From positions 13,767 to 77,766 of the forward strand of contig JAIBBV010000005.1 in NCBI GenBank assembly GCA_019694465.1: a stretch of DNA of 64,000 bases, read 5' to 3'. Source of the stretch: Oligoflexia bacterium. GTDB lineage: Bacteria > Bdellovibrionota_C > UBA2361 > JAFLCA01. The notes beneath the pieces are model-generated. The model was not told where the DNA came from. It searched no databases and saw only the letters and a program-made list of their open reading frames with translations. Shown one piece after another: positions 1 to 9,200 of this stretch (position 1 is the first letter of the stretch; each line of letters opens with the position of its first letter). The position numbers and the translations under genes were made by a program.

Positions 1-1464
1 ACCGTTCACAACACAGAAAGAACCTGGTTTAAAGCTATCGTTTCTTAACGCCGCAAGCAGCTGCTGCATCTCACTGATATCATCACGAAAGGTGCCAGCA
101 AAATGCGGCACTGGTTTATCCATGAATTTCATCGATTCATGTAACCCCTCGCACCAAGCTTTTAGTTTGGATCCGAGCTGAACTAAGGCAGCGCGATCAC
201 GATGTATTAGAGGCCATTTTAGCAGAACTTCGCGTGCGGCTTGGAAAGGATCTGAGGGCGCGACCACGGTGAAAACTATCAGAGCTCCTGGTTGTGCGTG
301 ATAAAGATTGGCAGCTAAGAGCAGCCGTGTCGCCTCGTCGTCCAAATAATCCACTAGACCTGCGCATTCTCGGAAAGTTCCAAGTATCGAACCACGCGCT
401 GGCAGGCTGTCTGCACCTCTTCTAGTTCCACCTTCTTTGTAGTGCTTTATGACGTGAGCATCCACGTCAATTATGCGCTGATCGACGCTGGCCCCAGAGT
501 CAGGGCCAGATCTACGAGCATCCAAGGCTCGCCCGATTCTATTCTGAGCAAGTGCAAGCGCTCCTAAATCACGATCTACTAAATGAATATCCAGGCGATC
601 AACCGCCCCGGGAACACTCCATGTATCCTCGCAGGGCCGTAAGTTCAACCGTTCGGCCTCCGCTTTTGAACCAATCCAGGTTACGATCTCCTTGGCCGGT
701 CCACAGCCAACGCTTACCAAGGTAAACGGCTGATCGGATGGCGTACGCTTAAACCAAAGATCCAACATTTCCCGCAGGTCTACTATGCGCTCCTGATGAG
801 CCCTGGCAGCCGGAGCGCCCAGAAAAGCTTCATCCAAGAGGCAACCCAACAAAGTAGGGCCACTTGGGCGGTTGGTAAGGATTTTATCAATTATATCGTA
901 TCCCCCTCTTCCGCTACTGTGCTCGCGAGCCAAGCGTGCGAAATCGGATGTCTCAAGAAAGGCTCCAATTTCAGAGTCAACAAAAGCCTCCAATTCTCGT
1001 CTATGACGTAGGGCCTGCAGCTCTGCTCTACGCTGTTCTTTGGGTTCCCTTCCAGTGGCGCTTGTTCTAATCGTGGATGCAACTACAAGCCCTGCCCGAC
1101 ATCCCATTTCAAGATTAAGAATAGCCTCACCGATAAGAGACTTTACTGGATTAGTGCCTGCTGACATCACCTCAGCCTGCCTTTGGTTAAATTGGCCCCC
1201 CCTATCTACGCCCAAGATACCCACAGACGAGAACTCTCTGGTTAAAGCCTCAAACAGGAATCTAGCCCGCATCACCGATCTAGAAAAATCCGTTCCATGC
1301 CCGAGAGTTGTCTCAGCCGATTGAACTCTGCCCTCAACCTCGGCTCGCACTAGGCCTGCTAGGGCCTGCAACCTCTCAGCGGCGGTATCACACTGTGACC
1401 ATGTTCTTGGAGCTGCGCGGCCATCGGTAAGGCCCGGTTGCGCGCTCTCGCTTGGGGAAACCAT
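1..1464 (-). CDS. Class I SAM-dependent methyltransferase, PhcB-like (3-hydroxy fatty acid methyl ester synthase-like); 3'-partial, runs off the left edge
   Basis: Not in the ORF track. I translated it by hand: ATG at 1464 and no stop codon in 488 codons down to position 1. Contains GYDIIDKI, LLDEAFLGAPAARAHQERI, SAM motif I VSVGCGPAKE, HLVDRD, GLVDYLDD and LLKWPLIHR. The MTase fold is well supported; the PhcB-like family is from memory. Confidence 0.8.
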   Translation of the reverse strand, partial: MVSPSESAQPGLTDGRAAPRTWSQCDTAAERLQALAGLVRAEVEGRVQSAETTLGHGTDFSRSVMRARFLFEALTREFSSVGILGVDRGGQFNQRQAEVMSAGTNPVKSLIGEAILNLEMGCRAGLVVASTIRTSATGREPKEQRRAELQALRHRRELEAFVDSEIGAFLETSDFARLAREHSSGRGGYDIIDKILTNRPSGPTLLGCLLDEAFLGAPAARAHQERIVDLREMLDLWFKRTPSDQPFTLVSVGCGPAKEIVTWIGSKAEAERLNLRPCEDTWSVPGAVDRLDIHLVDRDLGALALAQNRIGRALDARRSGPDSGASVDQRIIDVDAHVIKHYKEGGTRRGADSLPARGSILGTFRECAGLVDYLDDEATRLLLAANLYHAQPGALIVFTVVAPSDPFQAAREVLLKWPLIHRDRAALVQLGSKLKAWCEGLHESMKFMDKPVPHFAGTFRDDISEMQQLLAALRNDSFKPGSFCVVNG

Positions 1465-1647
1465 AAATTTAGCTCGTAATAAACGACTAGGAGCTTTCTA
1501 TAGCCAGGACTCAAATATACGCATAAAGGCTAGCAAGAACCTGCACCCTACTCAAATTTATGCCATCAGATTGAATCTAGCAGGTTGACTAAGACCGCCC
1601 TGATGGTTACCTTATAGTTGTTATAAGAGCGTTTTAGGAAACTCGAT

Positions 1648-1851
1648 ATGTCACCCTCGACAGCGCCAGTAGCAGCGGCAGAACCTGATTTTGATATGTT
1701 AGTAGTAGATCTTGCAACAAGGTTGATTGAGGACGGCGTAGAGCCTGAACAGGCCTATGTTACTGCGGAGTCTCAACTTCGGGCCAGTGCTGGAAGCGAT
1801 CTTGCTTGGGCAGCTGAGCTAGAGAACCCCGGGATGAAGCCGGCCGCGTAA
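1648..1851 (+). CDS. Small acidic hypothetical protein (67 aa)
   Basis: ORF track. AGGA about 8 nt upstream of the ATG. Sits in an otherwise empty gap between the divergent MTase and the TBDR. No family recognised. Confidence 0.5.
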   Translation: MSPSTAPVAAAEPDFDMLVVDLATRLIEDGVEPEQAYVTAESQLRASAGSDLAWAAELENPGMKPAA

Positions 1852-2032
1852 GCGCCGAATTCCCAAAGAGCGACTCGGCATCCGCTTGCGCCTATCATAA
1901 TTCACTCTTTATTTAGTTTGCATTCAACAAACGGTTGAGTTTTTCTGCTCAGACCGCTAGAACTCAGAACACATATTACTTAGAAGAGCGGCTGCGTTAG
2001 CTTTGTCCGTTCTTTAGCGGAGATCCCATATC

Positions 2033-4057
2033 ATGTTGTCACGATACCTTGCGGTCCTCACGATTTCCCCAATTCTCTTTGCTTCTTTTGCATGGTCTGA
2101 AAATGAGACTGCCAATGGCAAGACATGGGAAGATGCGTACTCGCAGATGTCGATTCAAGAGCTTGTCAACGTTGAGGTAACAACCGCGTCAAAAAAGGCT
2201 GAGAAGTTATCAGACGTTGCTTCGGCCGCCTACGTACTAACCGATGAGGACATTCGCCGATCGGGGGTAACAACTATTCCAGACGCTCTACGCCTTGTGC
2301 CAGGGGTCAATGTGGCCCAGATCGATCGCAGCCAATGGGCTGTTTCAATCCGTGGCTTTGACGGACTTTTTAGCGACAAGTTGTTGGTCCTAATTGATGG
2401 GCGCTCTGTTTATACGCCGCTCTTTTCAGGCGTATTTTGGAACGAAAACGATCTAATGCTTGAAGATATCGAGCGCATTGAGGTTATTCGTGGCCCTGGC
2501 GCTACCCTGTGGGGATCCAACGCAGTAAACGGCGTAATTAATATCATCACTAAGTCGTCCAGCAAGACGCACGGACTACTTGCTAGCGCTGGCGGCGGCA
2601 AGGAAGAGAACGCTTTTGGCGCCCTGCGCTACGGCGATAGTGTTGGGAACAGCGATTATCGCGTATACGCCAAAGCTTCAACGCGCGATGATTACCGCTT
2701 AGAGGACGACGCTGGCGCGGCACATGACGACTGGGATTCTTATAGACTTGGATTTCGCACCGACACAAAGCTGGGAGATCGTGACAACCTTACTGTGCAG
2801 GGAGACTCCTACTATGGAGAAGCTGGCTGGAATCTTGTTGCGCCAGACCTTGCAAACTTTGCAGTTCCTCGCATAGCCACCCGTTACTACAACGGCCAAA
2901 ACATTTTGGCGCGCTGGACCAAGAACATTTCGGCCAGCTCGGACTTTACACTTCAAGCTTACTGGGATCGCATTGATAGAAACGACATCGTTATTAAGCA
3001 GCGCAGAAACACATACGACGTCGACGGCCAATTGAGATTTTCCCCCCTCGAGAGGCACGATGTGCTAGTTGGAGCAGGCTACCGTGTTTACCACGACGAT
3101 CACGATGACACTTTCGTGGCCAGCGTAGACCCTTCGGCTAGGACACTTGGGCTTACAACTGCATTCGTGCAGGATGAAGTCACGATTGTTCCAACAAAGC
3201 TAAAATTGGTTTTAGGTACTAAACTTGAAGCAAATCAGCTCACAGGTGCGCAGGTGCTTCCAAATATACGCCTTGTGTCTACCCCCAATGAGCGTAACTC
3301 GATCTGGGCAAGCATTTCGCGCGCAGTGCGGAATCCAGGACGATTCAATAAGGATGGTCGTCTAGTTAGCACTGTATTGCCTGGCCAGGCCCTGCCGACC
3401 GTTGTTAGCGTAAATGGGAATCCTAACTTTGACTCAGAGGAACTAGTGGCCTACGAGGCTGGCTATAGGACTCAAATTCTAGATAAGGCATCTCTAGATA
3501 TAGCAACGTTCTTTAACCACTACGACAAGCTCGCTAGCCTGGAGCCGCTAAGCTCTCCCTTCGTATCTCAAACCCAGGATGGCATTCCCTACATCGATGT
3601 CCCATTCAGCGTACAAAACAAACTTAATGGACGCATCTATGGCGGTGAAGTGGCGCTTGATGTGCGTCCGTTTGACTGGTGGAGATTGGTGGGAAGCTAT
3701 TCTCATTTCAATATTCAGATTTATCGGGACACAGACAGCCAAGATGCTGGATTTGAGGCAGTTGAAAGCCAAACTTCCCGCAATCAGATGGCTCTGCGTT
3801 CACAGATCAACCTGCCACACAATGTTGAGCTGGATGCAGCGCTCCGTTACGCCAGCGATGTGGAGGCATTTAACATAGACTCCTACGTGGCAGTTGACGC
3901 ACGACTTGGCTGGCACGCTTCGCAGAACCTTGAGCTAGCCATCGTTGGGCAGAACCTATTCAACGCCGGGCATCTCGAGTATACCTCAAATTTGGTAAAC
4001 ACCGCCCGCACCGAGGTAGAGCGCGCCTTCTTTGGCAAGCTAACCTATCGGTTTTAG
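2033..4057 (+). CDS. TonB-dependent receptor (plug + beta-barrel)
   Basis: Signal peptide; plug motifs IPDALRLVPGV, SIRGF, LLVLIDGR, IERIEVIRGPGATLWGSNAVNGVINIIT; C-terminal outer-membrane signature LTYRF. Confidence 0.95.
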   Translation: MLSRYLAVLTISPILFASFAWSENETANGKTWEDAYSQMSIQELVNVEVTTASKKAEKLSDVASAAYVLTDEDIRRSGVTTIPDALRLVPGVNVAQIDRSQWAVSIRGFDGLFSDKLLVLIDGRSVYTPLFSGVFWNENDLMLEDIERIEVIRGPGATLWGSNAVNGVINIITKSSSKTHGLLASAGGGKEENAFGALRYGDSVGNSDYRVYAKASTRDDYRLEDDAGAAHDDWDSYRLGFRTDTKLGDRDNLTVQGDSYYGEAGWNLVAPDLANFAVPRIATRYYNGQNILARWTKNISASSDFTLQAYWDRIDRNDIVIKQRRNTYDVDGQLRFSPLERHDVLVGAGYRVYHDDHDDTFVASVDPSARTLGLTTAFVQDEVTIVPTKLKLVLGTKLEANQLTGAQVLPNIRLVSTPNERNSIWASISRAVRNPGRFNKDGRLVSTVLPGQALPTVVSVNGNPNFDSEELVAYEAGYRTQILDKASLDIATFFNHYDKLASLEPLSSPFVSQTQDGIPYIDVPFSVQNKLNGRIYGGEVALDVRPFDWWRLVGSYSHFNIQIYRDTDSQDAGFEAVESQTSRNQMALRSQINLPHNVELDAALRYASDVEAFNIDSYVAVDARLGWHASQNLELAIVGQNLFNAGHLEYTSNLVNTARTEVERAFFGKLTYRF

Positions 4058-4299
4058 TGCGAGTTTGAAATTTGATCTTAATATCGCATCCCTTGCGAGC
4101 TATGTGACTAAGCGCCGCTTTGCTGTCATAATTCAATTAGGAGCGGTGTAGTAACTTTGTTCTTATACCGCCTTCTATGCTTAGGGAAGACAGCGTCCCC
4201 TCCTTAATACAGAGAGTCATCAGAATTAAGGCTGGTAGTCGACAAGCAGCTCCCTAGCACGCATAGACCCCACCAAAGGTAGTCTGTGGTGTTTGAGGT

Positions 4300-5586
4300 A
4301 TGACACAAGAATTTCACAAAGCCCATATTGCCATGGTTTCACCAAATGGAACTTCGGGTGATGTTAGGCCAATGTTGGCGGTAGCAGAAGATCTCACATC
4401 TCGAGGGCATCGCGTCTCGTTTCTTGCCAACCCGCAATTCCAGGAATTAGTGGGCTCAGCTGGGGCTAATTTTGTGCCGGTCGGCACCATCGAGGCTCAG
4501 CGCAACTTACTAGAACATCCCAACGTCTATGCCGGACCGCGAGCGCTGAGCACTTTTGTGAATGAAATGGTGCTTCCAAACGTGCCAGCTATTGCAAGGC
4601 AACTGCGTGATCTGGCGCGCAAAGATCCACCTGATGTTATTTTCTCACATGGAGTGGCGCTTGGGTCTCAGGCCACCGCGAGGAGCCTAGACATTCCAGC
4701 CATTAGTGCTGCTTATTCCCCAATGGTATGGCCTGGGGAACCAGCTGTTCAGCCGCATCTGCCTGGTCTTCGAATTCCTCATTGGGCTGCTCCATTTATG
4801 TATAGAGTGGCTTCACTTGCGGCATCAGCCCTATTCGATTTTAAAACCCGCACTGCTTACCGCGAAGCAAACCTGGAATTCAAGATCGGCGAAGTAACTC
4901 GAGAGCTAACTGGTGGACAACGCCACCTAGGCATGTGGTCTCCCCACTTTAGGGCGCCGTCAAAGCGCGACCCAGCACACTTCCAGACTACTGGCTTCGC
5001 TCATTTTGACCGCGATTTCTCTGGAAATAGAGAAATATCTGACGGCACTAGACAGTTCCTGTTAGATCACCAGAATGTGGTCGTGTTTACGCTAGGCACA
5101 GGGGTTGTCCACGGTGCCGACAAACGCGCATTCTATCAGCAAGCCTGCGAGGCCTGTCGCCTCTCAAACGTTGCAGGTCTCTTGCTAATTGGAAAAGAAG
5201 AGAATCGCCCGGCAGCAGGAGATTTAGGTCCAGGACTGCATGTTAGCCTGTACGAGCCACTTTCTATGGTATTTGAGTCGGCTAGCTTGGTTGTGCACCA
5301 GGGTGGAATTGGCACCACAGCAGAGGTTTTGCGAGCAGGCGTGCCTCATATAATTATTCCTTCGGCCTACGATCAGCACGATACTGCCGATAGGATTGCA
5401 AATCGGCTCCTCATTGGTGGCAAATTAACATGGGCTCAGCTCTGCCCGGAGACCTTATCATTAGAGATGGACCGGATACGCAGAGATTTTGCGCTAGTTT
5501 TACGCGCATCGGGCCTGGGCGCTCAAATTAGGAATGAGCAAGGTGACACTACAGCGGCGAATGCAATATTGAGAGTCGCTAGGTAA
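4300..5586 (+). CDS. GT1 family glycosyltransferase (RhlB/sterol glucosyltransferase/MGT-like)
   Basis: N-terminal GTSGDVRPMLAVAEDLTSRGHRV; C-terminal nucleotide-sugar binding motif HQGGIGTTAEVLRAGVP...AYDQ. Confidence 0.9.
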   Translation: MTQEFHKAHIAMVSPNGTSGDVRPMLAVAEDLTSRGHRVSFLANPQFQELVGSAGANFVPVGTIEAQRNLLEHPNVYAGPRALSTFVNEMVLPNVPAIARQLRDLARKDPPDVIFSHGVALGSQATARSLDIPAISAAYSPMVWPGEPAVQPHLPGLRIPHWAAPFMYRVASLAASALFDFKTRTAYREANLEFKIGEVTRELTGGQRHLGMWSPHFRAPSKRDPAHFQTTGFAHFDRDFSGNREISDGTRQFLLDHQNVVVFTLGTGVVHGADKRAFYQQACEACRLSNVAGLLLIGKEENRPAAGDLGPGLHVSLYEPLSMVFESASLVVHQGGIGTTAEVLRAGVPHIIIPSAYDQHDTADRIANRLLIGGKLTWAQLCPETLSLEMDRIRRDFALVLRASGLGAQIRNEQGDTTAANAILRVAR

Positions 5587-5638
5587 ACGCTCCGCCTCTA
5601 AAGCAACCAAATATCCGTCAGGCAACTCGTTACGAATC

Positions 5639-6613
5639 CTAGGTCCTGGCCGCTACGCCTTGAGTCAACTTCTCTCGAGCTTCAATCGCAGCATAATTCT
5701 GCTTGAACCAATCATAGGTGAGCTGTAACCCCATAGGGAATGTCATATTGGCACTAAAGCCGAACTCCTCGCGAGCACGTGAAACATCCAGACAGCGGCG
5801 TGGCTGACCATTTGGCTTAGAAGTATCCCAAACAATTTCCCCCTCGAAGGCGACCACACGCTTAATCTGATTTGCCAATTGGCGCATGGTGATTTCCATT
5901 CCCGAGCCAACATTCACTGGCGCAGGCTTGTTGTAGCGCTGTGTTGCCAAGCGAATAGCTCGCGCTGCGTCATCAACATACAAAAACTCTCGACTTGGAC
6001 TGCCATCTCCCCAAAGAGTTACAACATCCTGCCCAGCCTCTTTAGCCTCATGGAATTTGCGCAACATGGCTGGTATGACATGCGAACTATTCAAATCAAA
6101 GTTATCTCCCGGCCCATACAGATTAACCATTAGAAGTCTAATTCCGTTGAAGTTATATTGCCGACGATAGGCATCCAGCTGCACCATTAACATCTTCTTC
6201 GCCAGTCCATAAGGAGCATTGGTTTCCTCAGGGTAACCATTCCAAATCTCGTCCTCTTTGAATGGTACCGGCGTAAATTTCGGATAGGAGCAGATGGTTC
6301 CAATCACAACGCACTTTTTAACCCCAAACAAGCGCGCCTGCTCAACTAGGTGCACTCCCATCACTAAGTTGTCGTAGAAGAATTCTCCGGGGCGCTGCAT
6401 GTTCGCGCCGATCCCGCCAACCACAGCGGCCAGGTGCACTAGTGTATCAGCTGGCTTATCCTGAAAGAGCTGCTTCACCGCATCAAGTTGGCGTAAGTCG
6501 TACTCACTGGAACGGAAAGTGTGAACTGCCTCAAAGGAGCCACAAGATTTTAGCTCCTCAACGACTCGTGAACCTAGAAATCCGCTTCCGCCAGTAACAA
6601 GCACTTTCGACAT
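5639..6613 (-). CDS. fcl: GDP-L-fucose synthase
   Basis: VLVTGGSGFLG, HLAAVVGGIGAN, GTICSYPK, YGLAKK, NLYGPGDNF, SHVIPA, WGDGSPSREFLYVDD. Start moved to MSKVL (6613). Confidence 0.95.
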   Translation of the reverse strand: MSKVLVTGGSGFLGSRVVEELKSCGSFEAVHTFRSSEYDLRQLDAVKQLFQDKPADTLVHLAAVVGGIGANMQRPGEFFYDNLVMGVHLVEQARLFGVKKCVVIGTICSYPKFTPVPFKEDEIWNGYPEETNAPYGLAKKMLMVQLDAYRRQYNFNGIRLLMVNLYGPGDNFDLNSSHVIPAMLRKFHEAKEAGQDVVTLWGDGSPSREFLYVDDAARAIRLATQRYNKPAPVNVGSGMEITMRQLANQIKRVVAFEGEIVWDTSKPNGQPRRCLDVSRAREEFGFSANMTFPMGLQLTYDWFKQNYAAIEAREKLTQGVAART

Positions 6614-6835
6614 GAAACCCCTTGGGTGAACGTTCAATCCCTGGACACCGTAGATGGCGCCCCCGCATTACATTTGATGAAGGGTAGAAGGTCTGCGCTT
6701 CGCTTTTTGAAAAGCCATTCAGCGGAGCTAAGCACTTAAATTCACTGGATGTTCAGGCTATGCTCAGGCCACACACGCGGAGTCCTGGTAGGCCAAGCCA
6801 AGCTTTAGTACTTACCTAAGCCGTCACTGTCTATT

Positions 6836-9172
6836 CTAGCTTCTAGCGCCTGAGGCTCGACTGTGTGATTTTTTATCCTCGTCGCGGTAGTATGAGTGAT
6901 AGTAACGGTTATAGTAATAGTAATCGCCGCCAGTCACATCGACATCATTCAGCACCACCCCAAGCAGATTTGCGCCAACTGCCTTTAAACGGGCACGAGC
7001 ATCTGAAATAACGCGACGCGGGGTGGATGCCCCCTTTACCACCAAGACTACACCCTCAACGTAGCGTGAGAGAATCACTGAGTCCGTCACCGGCAAGATC
7101 GGTGGGGAGTCAATTACAACATAATCGAAACTAGCTGAAAGTTGGTCAATCAGTGTGGCCATCTCGAGCGAACCTAGCAACTCGGCGGGATTGGGTGGAA
7201 TTTGTCCACTAGGAATAACTGTAACCCTTGGCACAATATCCTTTAGGGCCACTTCTTCCCAACTCATTTGCCCAGTAATTACGTCGACTAAACCCGGCAA
7301 GTGGGAGTCGAGCTGAAAATGGCGGTACATACTAGGGCGGCGGAGATCGGCGTCTACTAGGATCACCCGACCGCCAGCGCTAGCCAAACTTACAGCTAGA
7401 TTTATTGAAGATGTCGTTTTCCCTTCCGACGACTGCGCTGAAGTTACAAGTAAAGTGCGCGGAGGTTCACCAGCGCGCGATAGCAACAATCCAGTGCGGA
7501 TTGTTCTATATGCCTCAGCCGCTAAAGACTTGGGGGCCTGAACGAATACAATCGGATAAGCCGATTGGGCTGGGTCATACGGAATAATCTCACGCGACCC
7601 ACTGGACTTTTTAGTGCCCTCCCGGTCCAAACTCTCAGAATTTTCTATGGTAAAGGATGGAACTACGCCAAGATTTGGCAGACGTAAAAGCGACTTTACC
7701 TCCTCCGGTGTCTTGACCGTATTGTCCAGGTAGTTCAAAACAAAGGCCGCTAAAACGCCCGCACAAAGACCTGCGATTAGCCCCAAGACCAGTATGATAA
7801 ACTTCTTGGGATGACTAGGTGCTGTTGGAACGCTGGCATAGTCCACTACTGAGACGTTAGAGGCATTGCTCTCAACCGCTAAAGAGGTCTCTTTAATTTG
7901 CTTTAAGACATTGTCAAGCAACTCGCGCGTTGTAGTCAGCTCGCGATTAAGAATATTGTACTGCACTTCCTTTTTCGATAATTCGAAAGCACGGCTCTTC
8001 TGCTGCTCAAGTTCCTCCTTAAGATTCTTCTCTTCCTCTGCTGCCGCTAGCGCCTTGGCCTTTAGTCCAGATACTATTTGCTTACGTTGGCCATCAATCG
8101 ACTGCTTAATAGAATCAATCTGTGACTTGAGCTGCTGGATTCGCGGGTAGTTTGGTGTAAACTTAGCGGAAAGCTGTTGGTACTCGCCTTCAAGCTTAGC
8201 TAACTCAGCTCGCATTACCTGCAGTGACTGGTCGTCATAGCCAGCCGAGCGAGTGCCTAGTGAACTCTGAGCTTCCTTGAAAACATTCTCAGCTTCAATG
8301 CGTTTAGCAGTGGAGTCGGTTAGCAGCTTATTCAGCTGAGACATCTTCTGCGCCGTAATATTTTCGTCCTTATTAAGGGCAACGATACTGTTAGCCTCGG
8401 CGTAATCCGCCATCTCTCGCTCTAAGTCTGCTACTTTTTCGCGGAGCTCATCAGCCTGACCACGCAAGAACTGAAGACCCCGCGACTGCTGCTCAATACG
8501 ATTGGAGCGTACCCAATCGATATAGGTAAGCGCATGCTTGTTGGCGATAAGAGCAGCAAGCTGAGGAGATCCTGTCACTGCCTTAATCAATACAAGCGAA
8601 GTCCGGCGAACTGGTGCAACTTCAACTGCATCTAAGTAGGCCTTGATAGTCCCAATTGGGGCCTTATATCCTGCAAGAGAGTCTAACTCAGGCGCAGCGT
8701 CCGCTGAACTAATATCGTCGGAATGCCTACCAAAAAGTCGCTTAAACAAACTTTCGCGCTTCTTGCCCTCAACTCCACTTCGGATAGCGCTATCTTCGAG
8801 CACCTTGTCAGCTAACGAATAGCTGCGAATTTCCTCCACTTGAGTTTCTAGATAGTTTGACTCCTTGCTCTTCTGCTGTAGCAAATCTTCAATCTTAGTA
8901 GCAGTGAGCACCGGCTCATAAGTGCTAATCCGGATCTTACTCTGCGCCGTATACATTGGTGTGGCTGTGAAAGCATACATTGCAGCTAGCGCCGCGCCGA
9001 CCAAGGTGAGCCCAACAATAATAGAGCGGTACTTAAACACCAATCGCCAGTACTCACGCAACTGCACTTCGTTATGAGGACTATCGATTCCTGAGTCGTG
9101 CAGGGCCACGTTTGTAGAAGGCAAATTGCCTGGCAGGCGTCGAACTTCTGTGCTGGGAGTAAAATCGCTCAT
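6836..9172 (-). CDS. wzc: Polysaccharide co-polymerase / tyrosine autokinase (Wzc/GumC family)
   Basis: Two TM segments flanking a coiled-coil; Walker A SAQSSEGKTT, DADLRRP, VIDSPP; C-terminal tyrosine cluster YYYYNRYYHSYY. Start may be 9196. Confidence 0.95.
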   Translation of the reverse strand: MSDFTPSTEVRRLPGNLPSTNVALHDSGIDSPHNEVQLREYWRLVFKYRSIIVGLTLVGAALAAMYAFTATPMYTAQSKIRISTYEPVLTATKIEDLLQQKSKESNYLETQVEEIRSYSLADKVLEDSAIRSGVEGKKRESLFKRLFGRHSDDISSADAAPELDSLAGYKAPIGTIKAYLDAVEVAPVRRTSLVLIKAVTGSPQLAALIANKHALTYIDWVRSNRIEQQSRGLQFLRGQADELREKVADLEREMADYAEANSIVALNKDENITAQKMSQLNKLLTDSTAKRIEAENVFKEAQSSLGTRSAGYDDQSLQVMRAELAKLEGEYQQLSAKFTPNYPRIQQLKSQIDSIKQSIDGQRKQIVSGLKAKALAAAEEEKNLKEELEQQKSRAFELSKKEVQYNILNRELTTTRELLDNVLKQIKETSLAVESNASNVSVVDYASVPTAPSHPKKFIILVLGLIAGLCAGVLAAFVLNYLDNTVKTPEEVKSLLRLPNLGVVPSFTIENSESLDREGTKKSSGSREIIPYDPAQSAYPIVFVQAPKSLAAEAYRTIRTGLLLSRAGEPPRTLLVTSAQSSEGKTTSSINLAVSLASAGGRVILVDADLRRPSMYRHFQLDSHLPGLVDVITGQMSWEEVALKDIVPRVTVIPSGQIPPNPAELLGSLEMATLIDQLSASFDYVVIDSPPILPVTDSVILSRYVEGVVLVVKGASTPRRVISDARARLKAVGANLLGVVLNDVDVTGGDYYYYNRYYHSYYRDEDKKSHSRASGARS

Positions 9173-9200
9173 GTAAAAGTCAGCCTTAACAAACAAGTCC

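Noticed and set aside
796-1324. Track ORFs 796..1011, 891..1082 and 1040..1324
   Set aside because: They are shadows of the long minus-strand methyltransferase frame 1..1464.
1852-2032. Cobalamin riboswitch or Fur box upstream of the TBDR
   Set aside because: No B12-box or GATAATGAT-like consensus recognised.
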